A stretch of 64,000 nt of DNA. Origin: Candidatus Micrarchaeota archaeon (GTDB lineage: Archaea; Micrarchaeota; Micrarchaeia; Norongarragalinales; SBBD01). Below the pieces are notes generated by a model. That model was not told the origin of the DNA and searched no databases. It saw nothing but the letters and a program-made list of their open reading frames with translations. Both the position numbers and the translations under genes were made by a program. The stretch covers positions 157 through 64,156 of the forward strand of contig JACRGC010000005.1 of assembly GCA_016212475.1 (NCBI GenBank). Reading direction: 5' to 3'. Every line of letters begins with the position of its first letter. The first letter of the stretch is position 1. This document shows, in pieces, positions 9,490 to 20,045 of the stretch.

Positions 9490-10053
9490 ATGGGACTTGA
9501 AGCGCTAAAAGTAGAATTAGCTAAAAAGACGCAATCTGAAAGCTTGCGCATCGATAGCGAAGCTAAAATTGAAATCAAAAGGCTTAGGGAGGAAGCCAAA
9601 AGAGAATACGAAAACAGGAGGGAAACTGCGCAAAATGAGGCAAAGGAATCAATTGCCCGTGAAAAAATGAGGATCCCGGCAGCAAGGCTTAAGGCAAAAC
9701 GGCTCATACAGGATGCAAAATATGAAATTGTAACCGAAGCATTTGAAGAGCTCAAAAAAATGCTTAATGCAAGGATGTCATCTGGAAAAAAAGAATACGA
9801 AAAAATGCTGGATGCGCTGATAAAGGAGGGCCTTGAAGAAATCGGCACTAAGAATGCGATCATTAATGTCAGGAAGCAGGATTTGCAGTTCGCAAAAAAA
9901 TATGGCAAAACTGCGGAAATTTCATGCAGTGGGGGCGCGATAATTTCCTCAGAGGATGGGAAACTTCGAATTAACAACACATTTGAAGCGATTTTGGAAA
10001 AGAAGCGCGAACTTTTGGAGCAAAGCGCTTTTGAAATGCTTAAGGTAAAATAG
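9490..10053 (+). CDS. atpE: A-type ATP synthase subunit E
   Basis: Coiled-coil + 'GGAIISSEDGKLRINNTFE'. Confidence 0.9.
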   Translation: MGLEALKVELAKKTQSESLRIDSEAKIEIKRLREEAKREYENRRETAQNEAKESIAREKMRIPAARLKAKRLIQDAKYEIVTEAFEELKKMLNARMSSGKKEYEKMLDALIKEGLEEIGTKNAIINVRKQDLQFAKKYGKTAEISCSGGAIISSEDGKLRINNTFEAILEKKRELLEQSAFEMLKVK

Positions 10054-10066
10054 AGATTTTTAAGTG

Positions 10067-11086
10067 ATGCTAATGTCAATAGCTTTTGCGTATGCAGCTA
10101 CCAGGATCAAGGGACTTAAAAGCAAGCTGCTCTCTGAAACAAGGCTCAGGCAGCTTTTGGAAGTAAAAACCATTCCCGAAATGATCCAGCTGCTTGAGGA
10201 ATCCGATTACAAGGAGGATTTTGTAGCCATGTCCACAAAATATTCCGATATGGAATTGGTAATGCGCGCGCTTCATGAGAATTTCAAATCAACACTTAGG
10301 AAACTGATTAAAATAAGCCCAAAGGATGGGAGGGAGGCGCTTGGGATTTTGCTTAAGGAATATTATATCCAAACAATAAATGCGATAATCGCATCCAAGG
10401 CATCCGGAACACCCCTTTTGGAAACCGAACTCACGTTTGCGGACCCATCATCTGAAAAGCTTATCCAAAAAATCATGGCGGCTGCATCCGTCGAGGATGT
10501 TTTGCTAAGGCTTAAGGGAACCGAATATGCCCAAAAAATCCGGAAGGCAACCAAGGAATATGAGGCCACAAAGGATTTCAGAATAATCACAAGGGCGTTA
10601 AATGAGCATTATTTTGAAATGCTAAAAACCCTAAACACAAAAAAATACAGCCTTCTTTGGGAACTGATTGAAAGCAAGAACAACATCAAGAACCTGATGG
10701 TGGTTTTGAGGATCAAGCAAAAGGCGCAGAATGCCGATGCATCCAAATTCTTTGTAATGAGGGATAAGTTCGCGCTAGAACTTAACAAGATCAATGAATT
10801 CCCAAAAATCCTTGAAAAGGTTTCGCAAAAATACCCCCAAATTGCTCCAAGCGTGAATGAAAGCGCAAAAACCAGCTCCTTGATACCTGTTGAAATCGCC
10901 CTTGAAGGGTTGATGGTAAAAAGGACGCTTAGGATACTTAGGCTTGGAGTCATGAATTTTGCAGCCATACTTGGGTATTTGTACCTAAAAGAGCTTGAAA
11001 TTTCGGAAATTAGGAAAATTGCATATGCTAAAAAATACGATTTCACTGAAGAATTGAAAGCCATGGTCTACAGCTTCAATGCGTGA
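10067..11086 (+). CDS. atpC: A-type ATP synthase subunit C
   Basis: 'YAATRIKGLKSKLL', 'GYLYLKELEISEIRKI'; operon position. Confidence 0.9.
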   Translation: MLMSIAFAYAATRIKGLKSKLLSETRLRQLLEVKTIPEMIQLLEESDYKEDFVAMSTKYSDMELVMRALHENFKSTLRKLIKISPKDGREALGILLKEYYIQTINAIIASKASGTPLLETELTFADPSSEKLIQKIMAAASVEDVLLRLKGTEYAQKIRKATKEYEATKDFRIITRALNEHYFEMLKTLNTKKYSLLWELIESKNNIKNLMVVLRIKQKAQNADASKFFVMRDKFALELNKINEFPKILEKVSQKYPQIAPSVNESAKTSSLIPVEIALEGLMVKRTLRILRLGVMNFAAILGYLYLKELEISEIRKIAYAKKYDFTEELKAMVYSFNA

Positions 11087-11091
11087 TATTT

Positions 11092-11403
11092 ATGGAAAAA
11101 ATAGTTGCTCTTGGGGATAGGGATTTGATTACAGGATTCAAACTGGTCGGGGTCATGGAAGGAATTGTTTGCACCCCTGAAAATGCGGATTTGAAGATGA
11201 ATGAGATTTTGCTAAGGCAAGACGCGGGGATTGTGATTTTCCAGGACGAATTCCAAAATTACCTTTCACATAAGACAAAAAAACTAATTGAAACAATCCC
11301 AAAGCCGGTTGTTGTGAATGTTGGCGTAAAGGCGGCTTCCTCAACGGAAAATTTGCAGGCGATGATCAAGAGGGCTATAGGGATTTCCCTTGATAAATTG
11401 TAA
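11092..11403 (+). CDS. atpF: A-type ATP synthase subunit F
   Basis: 'ALGDRDLITGFKLVGV', 'IKRAIGI'. Confidence 0.92.
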   Translation: MEKIVALGDRDLITGFKLVGVMEGIVCTPENADLKMNEILLRQDAGIVIFQDEFQNYLSHKTKKLIETIPKPVVVNVGVKAASSTENLQAMIKRAIGISLDKL

Positions 11404-11581
11404 GCAATTTTGGATAAAGGAAAGGCAAGTCACAACAAATTCCATTCTTTTTCAACAATGCAAGTTGCGGGCAACCCCCAAATCGCAATCCGCTGGGCCC
11501 TATGCCGGCCAGTTCCTGCAATCACATACGGGCCTTGCATCTTCCTAAAAACGCACAGGATTTTTTCGCCTTGGATTTGGC

Positions 11582-11920
11582 TCATTTTACTTTCCCCTCT
11601 TCAGCCAGTTTTACCAATATACCATTTACCTGCAATAAATCAAGCTGCAATTCGTCTGCAATTTGCGATGTGAATGCTTTTTTGTGGGATTTTAGGTATG
11701 AAAGTATTTCCTTTTCCGCATCCTTTGAATTGGGCGTACGGATTTCTATTACCTTGATCCCCCGCACGTATTCATAATAGTGGCTTAGCGCTTCCCTGAT
11801 CGCTTCGGCTTTGCTGAATTTCATCTTCCTGCATATCTCATCGATGATTTTGATTTCCGAGGTTAGGTCGACCGGATACACGTACCTTGAAACAGTTTCC
11901 ATGGCATCACAGTTATACAT
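11582..11920 (-). CDS. Ribbon-helix-helix + winged-helix DNA-binding protein (antitoxin/regulator-like)
   Basis: 'SKAEAIREAL' RHH motif; 'FTSQIADELQLDLLQV..IL.KL.EEGKV' wHTH. Confidence 0.7.
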   Translation of the reverse strand: MYNCDAMETVSRYVYPVDLTSEIKIIDEICRKMKFSKAEAIREALSHYYEYVRGIKVIEIRTPNSKDAEKEILSYLKSHKKAFTSQIADELQLDLLQVNGILVKLAEEGKVK

Positions 11921-12142
11921 TGTATAAACCCGTTATTATGCATTTCCATACGGGCTATACACAAAGATTTTCAAGCTTGTCTTGAGTATGTTTTGCAGTG
12001 GCCCTAGAATAAGGTTTGGTTGATTAAAAATCAAAATTTGCTTGATTTTGGCTAGTGGCGGCGTTTGATTACGCAGAAAGGAAAGCACGCAATGGATGAA
12101 AGGCAGGGCAACTATAATTTGGCGGGATAGGCTTTAAGAAAA

Positions 12143-13243
12143 CTAGTTCCTAATTTGCTTTCCAATAAGTTCAAGTGTTTGAGCAACGATCAATGGGAGG
12201 GATTCTGGGGTTGCTAGCAAGCTGGCAGCAACAGCATGCCCGCCGCCGTTCAGAATTTCTGCCGGAAAAGTTTTTTTCAGCTCTTGAATCAGCAAATTGG
12301 CATCAAAACCCATCTTCAATATTTCAGAAGTTGCCCGAAATGAAATTCCATCCTCGGTAACGCCAAGGCAAACAATTGGTTTTGCGATGTCCCGCTCCTT
12401 TTTTGCAATTATTTCATTCATTACTTTCCCCCTTGGAGGATATTCCTTTTTCTTTAGGAATTTTGAAACCTTCGATATTACAACAAAATATGCGCCAAAA
12501 TCCCTAACCTCGGTGTATTTTTCCGAAAGTTTCATGGCATTTTCAATTTTTTCCTTTGCCTGCAAATACGATTCAGCAACCATTTCCTTGGAAGATAGGA
12601 ATCGTTCATAGAAGGGCAAATTAAGCTCGCGATAATGCGTTGCATAATCAAGCGCAACAGCTTCCTTGTACTCCTTTGCATGATTGCCAAATGAGCTTTT
12701 ATCGGATTGCATTGCAAAGTATGCCAAATTCTCATCAGCTGATTCCTCATCAATTAGCCTAGCCAGCTCGTAGCAAAGAAGGCCCGCGCAATGTGACGAA
12801 CTGCCTCCCTCCGATAGGGGGGAAATGAAATAATCTGCGATTTTTTCAACTCTTGGATCATTTGGATGATGGTCAAGCACGGCAATTGTCACTCCCGAGC
12901 CCTTGAGCAATTTAAGGGCGTCCATGCTTTCAGGGCCGGTTGCGTGGTCAACAATTATAGCAAATGTTTCGGATGGGACGCCAATTTCGCTAAGCTCTTG
13001 CATTGCCTTCTCGACATAGTAAACCGGCGAATCTGACGGCAGGGATTGGATTGGGGTTTGTGGAAAAACCGCCTTTATTGCCTTGTAGATGTTAAGGGCC
13101 GCGCAAACTCCATCGCAATCGTTATGGTACCTGATTGCAAATGAATAATCATCCCTTGCAGCATCGATTATGGCTTTTGCTAGGGGATCCATCTTTTTTT
13201 GAAGTGCATGCATGGTACTGTCGTTTACGAGCAATTTTTTCAT
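12143..13243 (-). CDS. DHH/DHHA1 phosphoesterase (RecJ-like)
   Basis: HNDCDG, VDH, LDHH, GGGH motifs. Confidence 0.85.
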   Translation of the reverse strand: MKKLLVNDSTMHALQKKMDPLAKAIIDAARDDYSFAIRYHNDCDGVCAALNIYKAIKAVFPQTPIQSLPSDSPVYYVEKAMQELSEIGVPSETFAIIVDHATGPESMDALKLLKGSGVTIAVLDHHPNDPRVEKIADYFISPLSEGGSSSHCAGLLCYELARLIDEESADENLAYFAMQSDKSSFGNHAKEYKEAVALDYATHYRELNLPFYERFLSSKEMVAESYLQAKEKIENAMKLSEKYTEVRDFGAYFVVISKVSKFLKKKEYPPRGKVMNEIIAKKERDIAKPIVCLGVTEDGISFRATSEILKMGFDANLLIQELKKTFPAEILNGGGHAVAASLLATPESLPLIVAQTLELIGKQIRN

Positions 13244-13406
13244 GATTATTACCAAATTCAGCAAAAAGCCAAACAAATTCCCTAAAACCTAGCTATTGTT
13301 TCAAAACCTTGCCTAACAACAGCTTTATATTCCTCCTTTTTAAGAAATATGGGAAGTCAATTATTAGGAAGGTTCGAATTTATAATTAGCCATAAAGGTG
13401 TTATTC

Positions 13407-13667
13407 ATGAAAGCAACAATAGTAAACTATAGGGGATCTGTGCATTCGCAAAAAACCTCGCACATGATTCTTTTGCCGGAGGGCGTAAAAACCAGGAAGG
13501 ATGCAGACAAGCTCAAGGGAAAGGAAGTTATTTTTACAACTGAAAGCAAAAAACTAATAAAGGGAAAAATTGCAGCAGCGCATGGAAGCAAGGGAGCGGT
13601 TCGGGCAATTTTTGAGCGGGGCCTTCCTGGCCAATCGCTTGGCGGAAAAGTCGATATTGGGAATTGA
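13407..13667 (+). CDS. rpl35ae: 50S ribosomal protein L35Ae
   Basis: 'KATIVNYRG', 'GKIAAAHGSKGAVRAIFERGLPGQSLG'. Confidence 0.95.
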   Translation: MKATIVNYRGSVHSQKTSHMILLPEGVKTRKDADKLKGKEVIFTTESKKLIKGKIAAAHGSKGAVRAIFERGLPGQSLGGKVDIGN

Positions 13668-13757
13668 TTTGCTAAAAAAAGCTCGTTTTGATCTAAAATC
13701 CCAAAAAATTAGCAGATTTCTAAAGCCGCAATGGAAATTTTAATTATAATAATCCAG

Positions 13758-14699
13758 TTAGCGAAGGAAAGCAATCATATCCACAATATTACCATAAAGG
13801 ATTCCAAGAAGCAGGGCAATTAAGATGTAGGGCCCAAACCGTGGCAAAACCTTGTTGACCGGGAATAAGTGCATTTTCTCGTTCTTTTCGATTTCCTGCA
13901 ATTTTTTAACCTCGGCAATTGTCAAAACACGCTGCAAATTATATTTCTTGACAAGTTCGGCAGGCATCTTATCTATTGCAAAAATGTCCTCATCTTCTAT
14001 TTCACTTATTGGAATCCTTCGGATGATTATCTCATCCAAAATCTGCTCCCGGAAAGTTACAAAGAATGCGCTGGAAATCAAAAGAAGGAAAAATAAAAAT
14101 GAGGCGGCTGAAACCCCGAATTGATAGTATAGGAAAACGCTGCCGATCAATGCCAGAACTAGCGCAATTGGGCCTAAAAATTTATTTGGCTTGAGCGCCT
14201 TTGTGGATTTTAGCAGCGCAATTGCATATTGGAGGGAAGCCCCAAGGGTTGCGATGAATGAACTTACCAAAAATATTGTTATAAAGAAAAGCATGTGGTT
14301 GAAAATGTTGAGGTAGCCAACAAGAAACCAGTTTTCAGGCGGGATTGAATTGATAATCAAGCTCACATCAACTGCAGGAACAAGCTTTAGGGATGAAGGA
14401 GCAAGCGGCAAAAGCTGCTGGATGCCAACAAAAAGCAAGACATCGCCCATTCCCAATTGGCCTTTTTTATAGAACAAGTAGCCAAAGGTTAGGATTATGA
14501 TCGAAACTATCAATGCGTAAACAATCAGGTAATTGTCCTCGATTAAGAAGGGGAATAGGTTCATCAAAAGGCCGATTGCAATCATGATGTAGATGATCTT
14601 TTCATCTATGAACGAGGTTTTGTAGTCCTGGTACGCAGCTGCTCCGCAGCCTAAAAGTGCCACCAGAATTCGAATCAGTTCATAATTCAAAGTTTCCAT
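13758..14699 (-). CDS. A24-family prepilin/preflagellin peptidase
   Basis: Multi-TM; AYQD and GMGD aspartate motifs; 'PRFGPYI' C-terminus. Confidence 0.8.
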   Translation of the reverse strand: METLNYELIRILVALLGCGAAAYQDYKTSFIDEKIIYIMIAIGLLMNLFPFLIEDNYLIVYALIVSIIILTFGYLFYKKGQLGMGDVLLFVGIQQLLPLAPSSLKLVPAVDVSLIINSIPPENWFLVGYLNIFNHMLFFITIFLVSSFIATLGASLQYAIALLKSTKALKPNKFLGPIALVLALIGSVFLYYQFGVSAASFLFFLLLISSAFFVTFREQILDEIIIRRIPISEIEDEDIFAIDKMPAELVKKYNLQRVLTIAEVKKLQEIEKNEKMHLFPVNKVLPRFGPYILIALLLGILYGNIVDMIAFLR

Positions 14700-14708
14700 C
14701 GAATTTAC

Positions 14709-15728
14709 CTATGCAAGATCTATTTTCTTCCCATCCTTTTGCAAAAATACTTCTTCTTTTGCGGTGATTTTCCCGATTTTTTGCGCCTTCAATTTATGCC
14801 TTGCGCAAATATCAATTACTTTTTTCGCATCTTTTGGATCGCAAACTATGCAAAAGCCTATTCCCATGTTGAAAGTGCGGTACATTTCCCTATCGTCTAT
14901 TTTGCCTTCCTTTTTGATCATGTCAAATATTGGGAGCGGGATTGGCATATTATCCAGCAAAAACCCTTTTTTTGCAAGCCTTCCAATCCTTAAAAGTTTT
15001 GAGAATGCGCCGCCGGTTATGTGCGCCATCCCCCTAACGCTTTTTACCTTTTTTATCACATCCAAAACCACATTCGAATAGATGTAGGTTGGAATTAGCA
15101 TTTCAAGCAAAAGCTCCTCGTTTAGCAAATTGCGGTCGTTCAAAAGCACTTTTCTTGCAAGACTATAGCCATTTGAGTGAAGGCCCGAACTTTCAATTCC
15201 AATAATCACATCATCAACTCTCATCTTTTCGCCGGTGATGAGCGGGCCGTCGACCTCGCCAATAACGCTTACGGATAAGTCAAACCCCCTTCCTGTAAAG
15301 CCTTTGATTAAATCCGGAACCACTGCGGTTTCGCCCCCAACCACTGGGCAATCCACCATTTTTGCTCCTGCTGCTATTCCTTTCATGATCTCATAAATCT
15401 GCTTCTCGTCGGTTGTTTCGATTGCCAGATAATCCATCAATGCAACCGGCCTAGCTCCGATGCAAACAATGTCATTCACATTCATGGCAACGGCATCAAT
15501 TCCAACCGTATCAAATTTTTCCAAAAGCTGGGCAATTAGGACTTTTGTTCCAACGCCATCGGTGTGCATTGCTATTTGCTTATTGCCAATTTTCATGACG
15601 CCGGCATAGTGGCCAGCTGGCAAAATCACATCCTTATTCAGGGTGGATTCCAAAAGGGATGCAATCCCGCCCTGAATCCCCTTGATTTTCCAGACATTGA
15701 CTCCTGCTTTTGCGTAAGTGAACCCCAT
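14709..15728 (-). CDS. purM: Phosphoribosylformylglycinamidine cyclo-ligase
   Basis: YAKAGV, TDGVGTK, GGETA, SGLHSNG, HITGG, TFNMGIG. Confidence 0.97.
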   Translation of the reverse strand: MGFTYAKAGVNVWKIKGIQGGIASLLESTLNKDVILPAGHYAGVMKIGNKQIAMHTDGVGTKVLIAQLLEKFDTVGIDAVAMNVNDIVCIGARPVALMDYLAIETTDEKQIYEIMKGIAAGAKMVDCPVVGGETAVVPDLIKGFTGRGFDLSVSVIGEVDGPLITGEKMRVDDVIIGIESSGLHSNGYSLARKVLLNDRNLLNEELLLEMLIPTYIYSNVVLDVIKKVKSVRGMAHITGGAFSKLLRIGRLAKKGFLLDNMPIPLPIFDMIKKEGKIDDREMYRTFNMGIGFCIVCDPKDAKKVIDICARHKLKAQKIGKITAKEEVFLQKDGKKIDLA

Positions 15729-16039
15729 TTACAAATCACCACAAGATAGCATTTAGAACGAAGAAAGGGTTAATAAGCGATTTTGTTGGATTCTTATTAT
15801 CGGAATTGCACCTAAATGAGCTATTCGAAAGGCGCATCAAAACAGCTATTACTTATCAGAAGAGCTCAAAAACGCCCATTTTTAAGCCTTTATATGCATT
15901 ATAATGCCATTAAGTTGTAAGCTATGTTTAAGGCTTGAGAGATTTGAATACGTTCGATTTTTTGGATTGTAGCTGATTCTTTTGAGATTTCCTTAGCAGC
16001 GTAGCCGATGCAACTGCATATAGATAGGTGAAATAAGGT

Positions 16040-16471
16040 ATGGGTTTTAGAGATAGAGACAGCGGAGGAGGAAGACGTGGCGGAGGCGGCGGCGGATACG
16101 GCGGCGGCGGAAGGGATCGCGGCGGATTTGGCGGCGGAAGGGATCGCGGATTTGGAGGAGGCGGTGGCGGAGGAGGATTCGCACAAAGGGAAGCCCCTGT
16201 TAAATCTGGAGAAGAATACGATGTTGAAATTACTGACATTGCAGCAAAGGGAGATGGAATCTGCAAGATTCAAGGATTCATTATCTTCGTGCCTGGAGCC
16301 TCAAAAGGCGAAAAGGTTAGGATCAAGATCAACGAAGTGAGGAACAGGTTTGCAATTGCCCAAAAAACCGGCGATGCGCAATCAAGCGACTCACCGGCTG
16401 CATCTGAGTCCAGTGAATCGGAAGAATCTGATGACTCCGAAGAGTCTGATGAATCGGAAGAAACACAATGA
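16040..16471 (+). CDS. Single-TRAM-domain RNA-binding protein with RGG N-terminus and acidic tail
   Basis: 'APVKSGEEYDVEI...KGDGICKIQGFIIFVPG'; GGGRDRG repeats; AGGTGA RBS. Confidence 0.9.
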   Translation: MGFRDRDSGGGRRGGGGGGYGGGGRDRGGFGGGRDRGFGGGGGGGGFAQREAPVKSGEEYDVEITDIAAKGDGICKIQGFIIFVPGASKGEKVRIKINEVRNRFAIAQKTGDAQSSDSPAASESSESEESDDSEESDESEETQ

Positions 16472-16520
16472 TTTCTTTCCTTTTTTTTATTTTTTTTTCT
16501 TTATTTTTTTTACTGATAAT

Positions 16521-18134
16521 TTATTCCTTAAGCGCGTTTAATTCTTTGCCTAAGTTTTTAACGTAAGATTTTTCTAATTTATTTAACTCTGCCTTATAAT
16601 TCTTGGGAGTTGGGATATTTTTGGATTTTAAGTAATCATACCCCCCAATTGCAACTCTTTTTGAAAATCCCATGAGCTCGCCAAATGAATGCATCGACAA
16701 ATAATCCTGTAATCTGAAAATGTCGTTAGCAGTTTTTACCCTTGGATGCACATTATTCGCCCAATCTTCAGGTTGAACTCCTCCGTACCCTAAGCCGAAT
16801 ACAATCCCTTGTTTTTTTCTAACAAATTCTTTAAAACTGGCAGCATCGACACCTTCAGGAGGCACAAATGCATTAAGCATTATTGATTGCGATTCTTTTG
16901 GACCATAGGGTTCAAAACCCAATGTTTTTAGGGCTGTTTTTCTAAAACCCGAAATATATTTCCTTTTGATGTTGGAAACATCATCCATTGCATCTTGGAG
17001 GCTTTCGCGTGTTTTGGCACCAGATAAAACCGCCGCTTCCATGTGGCGCTCAAGAAGTTTTCTTGAAGTCCAAATATATGCGGCCATTCCTTGGGTAAAA
17101 TGAGCCCGACCAAGAAGAGTGTCTGGCGCAACATTATAGCCTAATTTCTTCAAGTTCGATTGCAATTCTGCTCCATGCATTTTCAATACTCTCCCTGCAA
17201 TTTGGAAAAATTTCTTCGGCGATTGATGGCTCATTTCTCTAACCAAATCCGAATAATATGGGGACTCTTTGTCCTCCAATTGCATTCTAAGCCTGTTTTG
17301 AACCATCCTCTCCATTGCTAAATCAGTAGCTGCAATATGGGACATTAATAGGGAACCAGTAGTTTTAGGTGTGCTAAAATACATGGCAACTGGCAACTCC
17401 TTATAATCGTTTAAATTCACAGTCCCCCTCGAACTGGTAGCATCAAAAGCAATTAAAGGAACTTCGATTCCTTTCGCTTTGCAATCTTCGGCCACCCGCC
17501 TAAGCACATGCCCCAGGTTAATTTCTTGCGCCGTGCCCGTCTCAAGATGCGGCATCGTGATTAAGGTGGTATTTTTAGATATTTTTTTTATGATATCATC
17601 AGCTGTTGGGGCGGCCCCATATTTTACGCTAATTACCTCATGTTTTAGGCCTAAGCTTTTTGTTTGCCTTCTTGTTCTGTCGCTAAATGCACCAAAATGC
17701 GAAACAACCACATTAGTCAAGACATCATCCTTGTGGGCGGCAGTTCCTAAGATGGCTTCCGAGAGTAAACTTGCACTCGAATGGATTCCTAAAACGTTTT
17801 GGCCATCCACTCCCCAAATATTGCCAACCAAATCCCTCGCCTGGGTGATTATTTTCAATCCTTCAGGTATAGTTTGAGGTTGCATCGAGCGCTTTCCAAT
17901 AGTATCGGGAGCTGCAGACAAATCACCAATATTTTTTCCAAAGAATTTTAATTCCTGCTCAATTTCAGCCTGCGCTTTGATTCGTTGCGAAAGCCAGGGA
18001 TTATAGGAATATTTGCTTGCATTTAATTTTCCCTTGAATGCGCCTAAAAATTGTGAGCGCAATTCGCTCCTTTCAAATTTTGTTGTTCCTTTAAAAGTTG
18101 TTAAATTTTTCCAAGGTAACTTTTCTTCGGCCAT
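16521..18134 (-). CDS. Divergent PLP-dependent class V aminotransferase-like protein
   Basis: 'HLETGT', 'AFDATSS', 'STPKT' (putative PLP Lys); large insertions. Confidence 0.65.
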   Translation of the reverse strand: MAEEKLPWKNLTTFKGTTKFERSELRSQFLGAFKGKLNASKYSYNPWLSQRIKAQAEIEQELKFFGKNIGDLSAAPDTIGKRSMQPQTIPEGLKIITQARDLVGNIWGVDGQNVLGIHSSASLLSEAILGTAAHKDDVLTNVVVSHFGAFSDRTRRQTKSLGLKHEVISVKYGAAPTADDIIKKISKNTTLITMPHLETGTAQEINLGHVLRRVAEDCKAKGIEVPLIAFDATSSRGTVNLNDYKELPVAMYFSTPKTTGSLLMSHIAATDLAMERMVQNRLRMQLEDKESPYYSDLVREMSHQSPKKFFQIAGRVLKMHGAELQSNLKKLGYNVAPDTLLGRAHFTQGMAAYIWTSRKLLERHMEAAVLSGAKTRESLQDAMDDVSNIKRKYISGFRKTALKTLGFEPYGPKESQSIMLNAFVPPEGVDAASFKEFVRKKQGIVFGLGYGGVQPEDWANNVHPRVKTANDIFRLQDYLSMHSFGELMGFSKRVAIGGYDYLKSKNIPTPKNYKAELNKLEKSYVKNLGKELNALKE

Positions 18135-18292
18135 TGCAAATCTCACCTTGATTTTATTTTTCTTTGAAAGCTTTAAAATGAATGTTTTCCGGTTGGCTTT
18201 TACGTTTCTTGCCGTAATCCCAATGAATTCAATTGCTTTAAAAGTGTTGACCTTCAAATTTGGTAAAATTCATTGCTTAGGGGTTGATGTAA

Positions 18293-19528
18293 ATGCTGCA
18301 GGTTGCTTCAAGGGTTGAACGCGCAAATTACGCCATCCGGGATCCGGATGTTGCTTCAAAAGTTAAGGAGCTAAAGGCAAAGGGGAGGAAAACCTACGAG
18401 CTAAATATCGGGGATCCTGGCGCAAACAAGGGAATTTATGGCTTTCAAACGCCGGATTACATAAAAAAAGCGCTGATTGGGATCATCCAAAAAAACGGGG
18501 AGTTTGACGGGTATGCCAGTGAGCAGGGAGAATTGGAAACTAGGCAGGCAATTGCGGATTATTCAAGATCACTTGGGATTAGCGATTGCGACCCTGAAAA
18601 AATAGTTGTTGGAAACGGCTTAAGCGAACTTTTGGATTATTATTTTGGCGTAAGCGTTGAAAAGGGCAGGAATGTGGTTTTGCCAAGGCCCGATTATCCT
18701 CTTTACACCGCCCGTGTGAATTGGTATGAAGGCGAGCCTAGGTATTACACGATGGATCCAAAGAATGACTGGAAGCCTAAAGTCGAGGAAATTGAAGCCC
18801 AAATCGACAAGAATACAACTGCTGTTGTTTTGATCAATCCAAACAACCCAACCGGCGCGGTATTGGATGAGGAAGAGCTTAGGGCAATAATTGATGTTGT
18901 AAATGATAAGGGAAAAGGGGAAGTTCCAATTATTTCGGATGAAATTTACCATCTTTTAAGGTTTGATGGAAAGCAGCATATTTCAACAGCTTCCCTAACG
19001 GATGATGTTCCGGTTATCACCATGGATGGTTTTTCAAAAGGGTTTTACTCGCCTGGCTGGAGAATTGGGCACATGCTGTTTTCAAATTTCAAGGACGATA
19101 GCCTCTTCAAGGCGATGGTTAAGGTTTGCGCATTCAGATTGTCTGCAAATAACGCAGTTCAGCACGCATATGCGGTTGGAATTCGCGAGCGCGAAAACAA
19201 CATGGCAGAATACACCAAATATTTGCGGTGGCTAAAGGAGAGGGCAAGGTATACGACGGATAGGATAAATTCGATAAAGGGGCTTTCGTGCAATGCCCCA
19301 AAGGGCGCGTTTTACGCGCTTCCAAAAGTTGAATCGATGAAATGGAAAACGGATAAGGAATTCATTTTGCAGCTGCTGGAAGAGGAAGGGGTAAGAATTG
19401 TTCCCGGCAGCGGGTTTGCAATGCCAGCTGGAGAGGGATATTTCAGGGTTGTAACGCTTCCGTCAATGGATGTCCAAAAAACGGCGTATGATAAGGTTGA
19501 AGCGTTCATGGGAAGGCATGTTGCTTAA
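18293..19528 (+). CDS. Class I/II aminotransferase (alanine aminotransferase-like)
   Basis: LNIGDP, NPNNPTG, SDEIY, GFSK...PGWRIG. Confidence 0.93.
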   Translation: MLQVASRVERANYAIRDPDVASKVKELKAKGRKTYELNIGDPGANKGIYGFQTPDYIKKALIGIIQKNGEFDGYASEQGELETRQAIADYSRSLGISDCDPEKIVVGNGLSELLDYYFGVSVEKGRNVVLPRPDYPLYTARVNWYEGEPRYYTMDPKNDWKPKVEEIEAQIDKNTTAVVLINPNNPTGAVLDEEELRAIIDVVNDKGKGEVPIISDEIYHLLRFDGKQHISTASLTDDVPVITMDGFSKGFYSPGWRIGHMLFSNFKDDSLFKAMVKVCAFRLSANNAVQHAYAVGIRERENNMAEYTKYLRWLKERARYTTDRINSIKGLSCNAPKGAFYALPKVESMKWKTDKEFILQLLEEEGVRIVPGSGFAMPAGEGYFRVVTLPSMDVQKTAYDKVEAFMGRHVA

Positions 19529-19555
19529 AAAAAATAATTGATTAAAAAAAATAAA

Positions 19556-20002
19556 TTATTTTTTCGAACTACGCTTAAAAGCCGAATTTACAAGCCAGTC
19601 CCTATTTGAGCGCTCTCCGGGCCTTTGTCTCCTTTCGAAATATTTGTCGATGGCCATTTTACACATAGATAGATTGGGATCGATTTTTGATTCAAGACCC
19701 AGTAAGGAATAATTTGCATCCGCATATTCGTGTATTGAATGCAATAATTTTTTCGCCTTGGTTACACTACTTAGCATCATAATGTTTTTTCCAGATTCGT
19801 CGGATCCATGAGGGTTTGTTATGCTATATTCAAAATGAAGCTCTGCAGGATTTCCCTTGTCTGCAAGCGGAATGATATGAAAAGTATATTTTGATTTTAT
19901 GGCAGGACCCATCGCGCGTTTGACTACTCCAAAAAACGCATGATCCTTTATGGTTGCGGGTTTTTCTTCTGCAGTTCTGTATCGTTTTTCTTCCTGTGGC
20001 AT
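19556..20002 (-). CDS. Hypothetical protein
   Basis: ORF with AGGTGA RBS; no recognisable motif. Confidence 0.55.
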   Translation of the reverse strand: MPQEEKRYRTAEEKPATIKDHAFFGVVKRAMGPAIKSKYTFHIIPLADKGNPAELHFEYSITNPHGSDESGKNIMMLSSVTKAKKLLHSIHEYADANYSLLGLESKIDPNLSMCKMAIDKYFERRQRPGERSNRDWLVNSAFKRSSKK

Positions 20003-20045
20003 AAATTTCACCTTTCTTATTCTTCATTGATAAATTTTATAAATA

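Noticed and set aside
11922..11972. Imperfect inverted repeat TGTATA..CCCGT...ACGGG.TATACA upstream of the RHH gene as an intron
   Set aside because: No bulge-helix geometry or restorable frame; at most an operator or hairpin
16060..16180. G-rich tandem repeats
   Set aside because: Explained by Gly/Arg codons of the RGG tail
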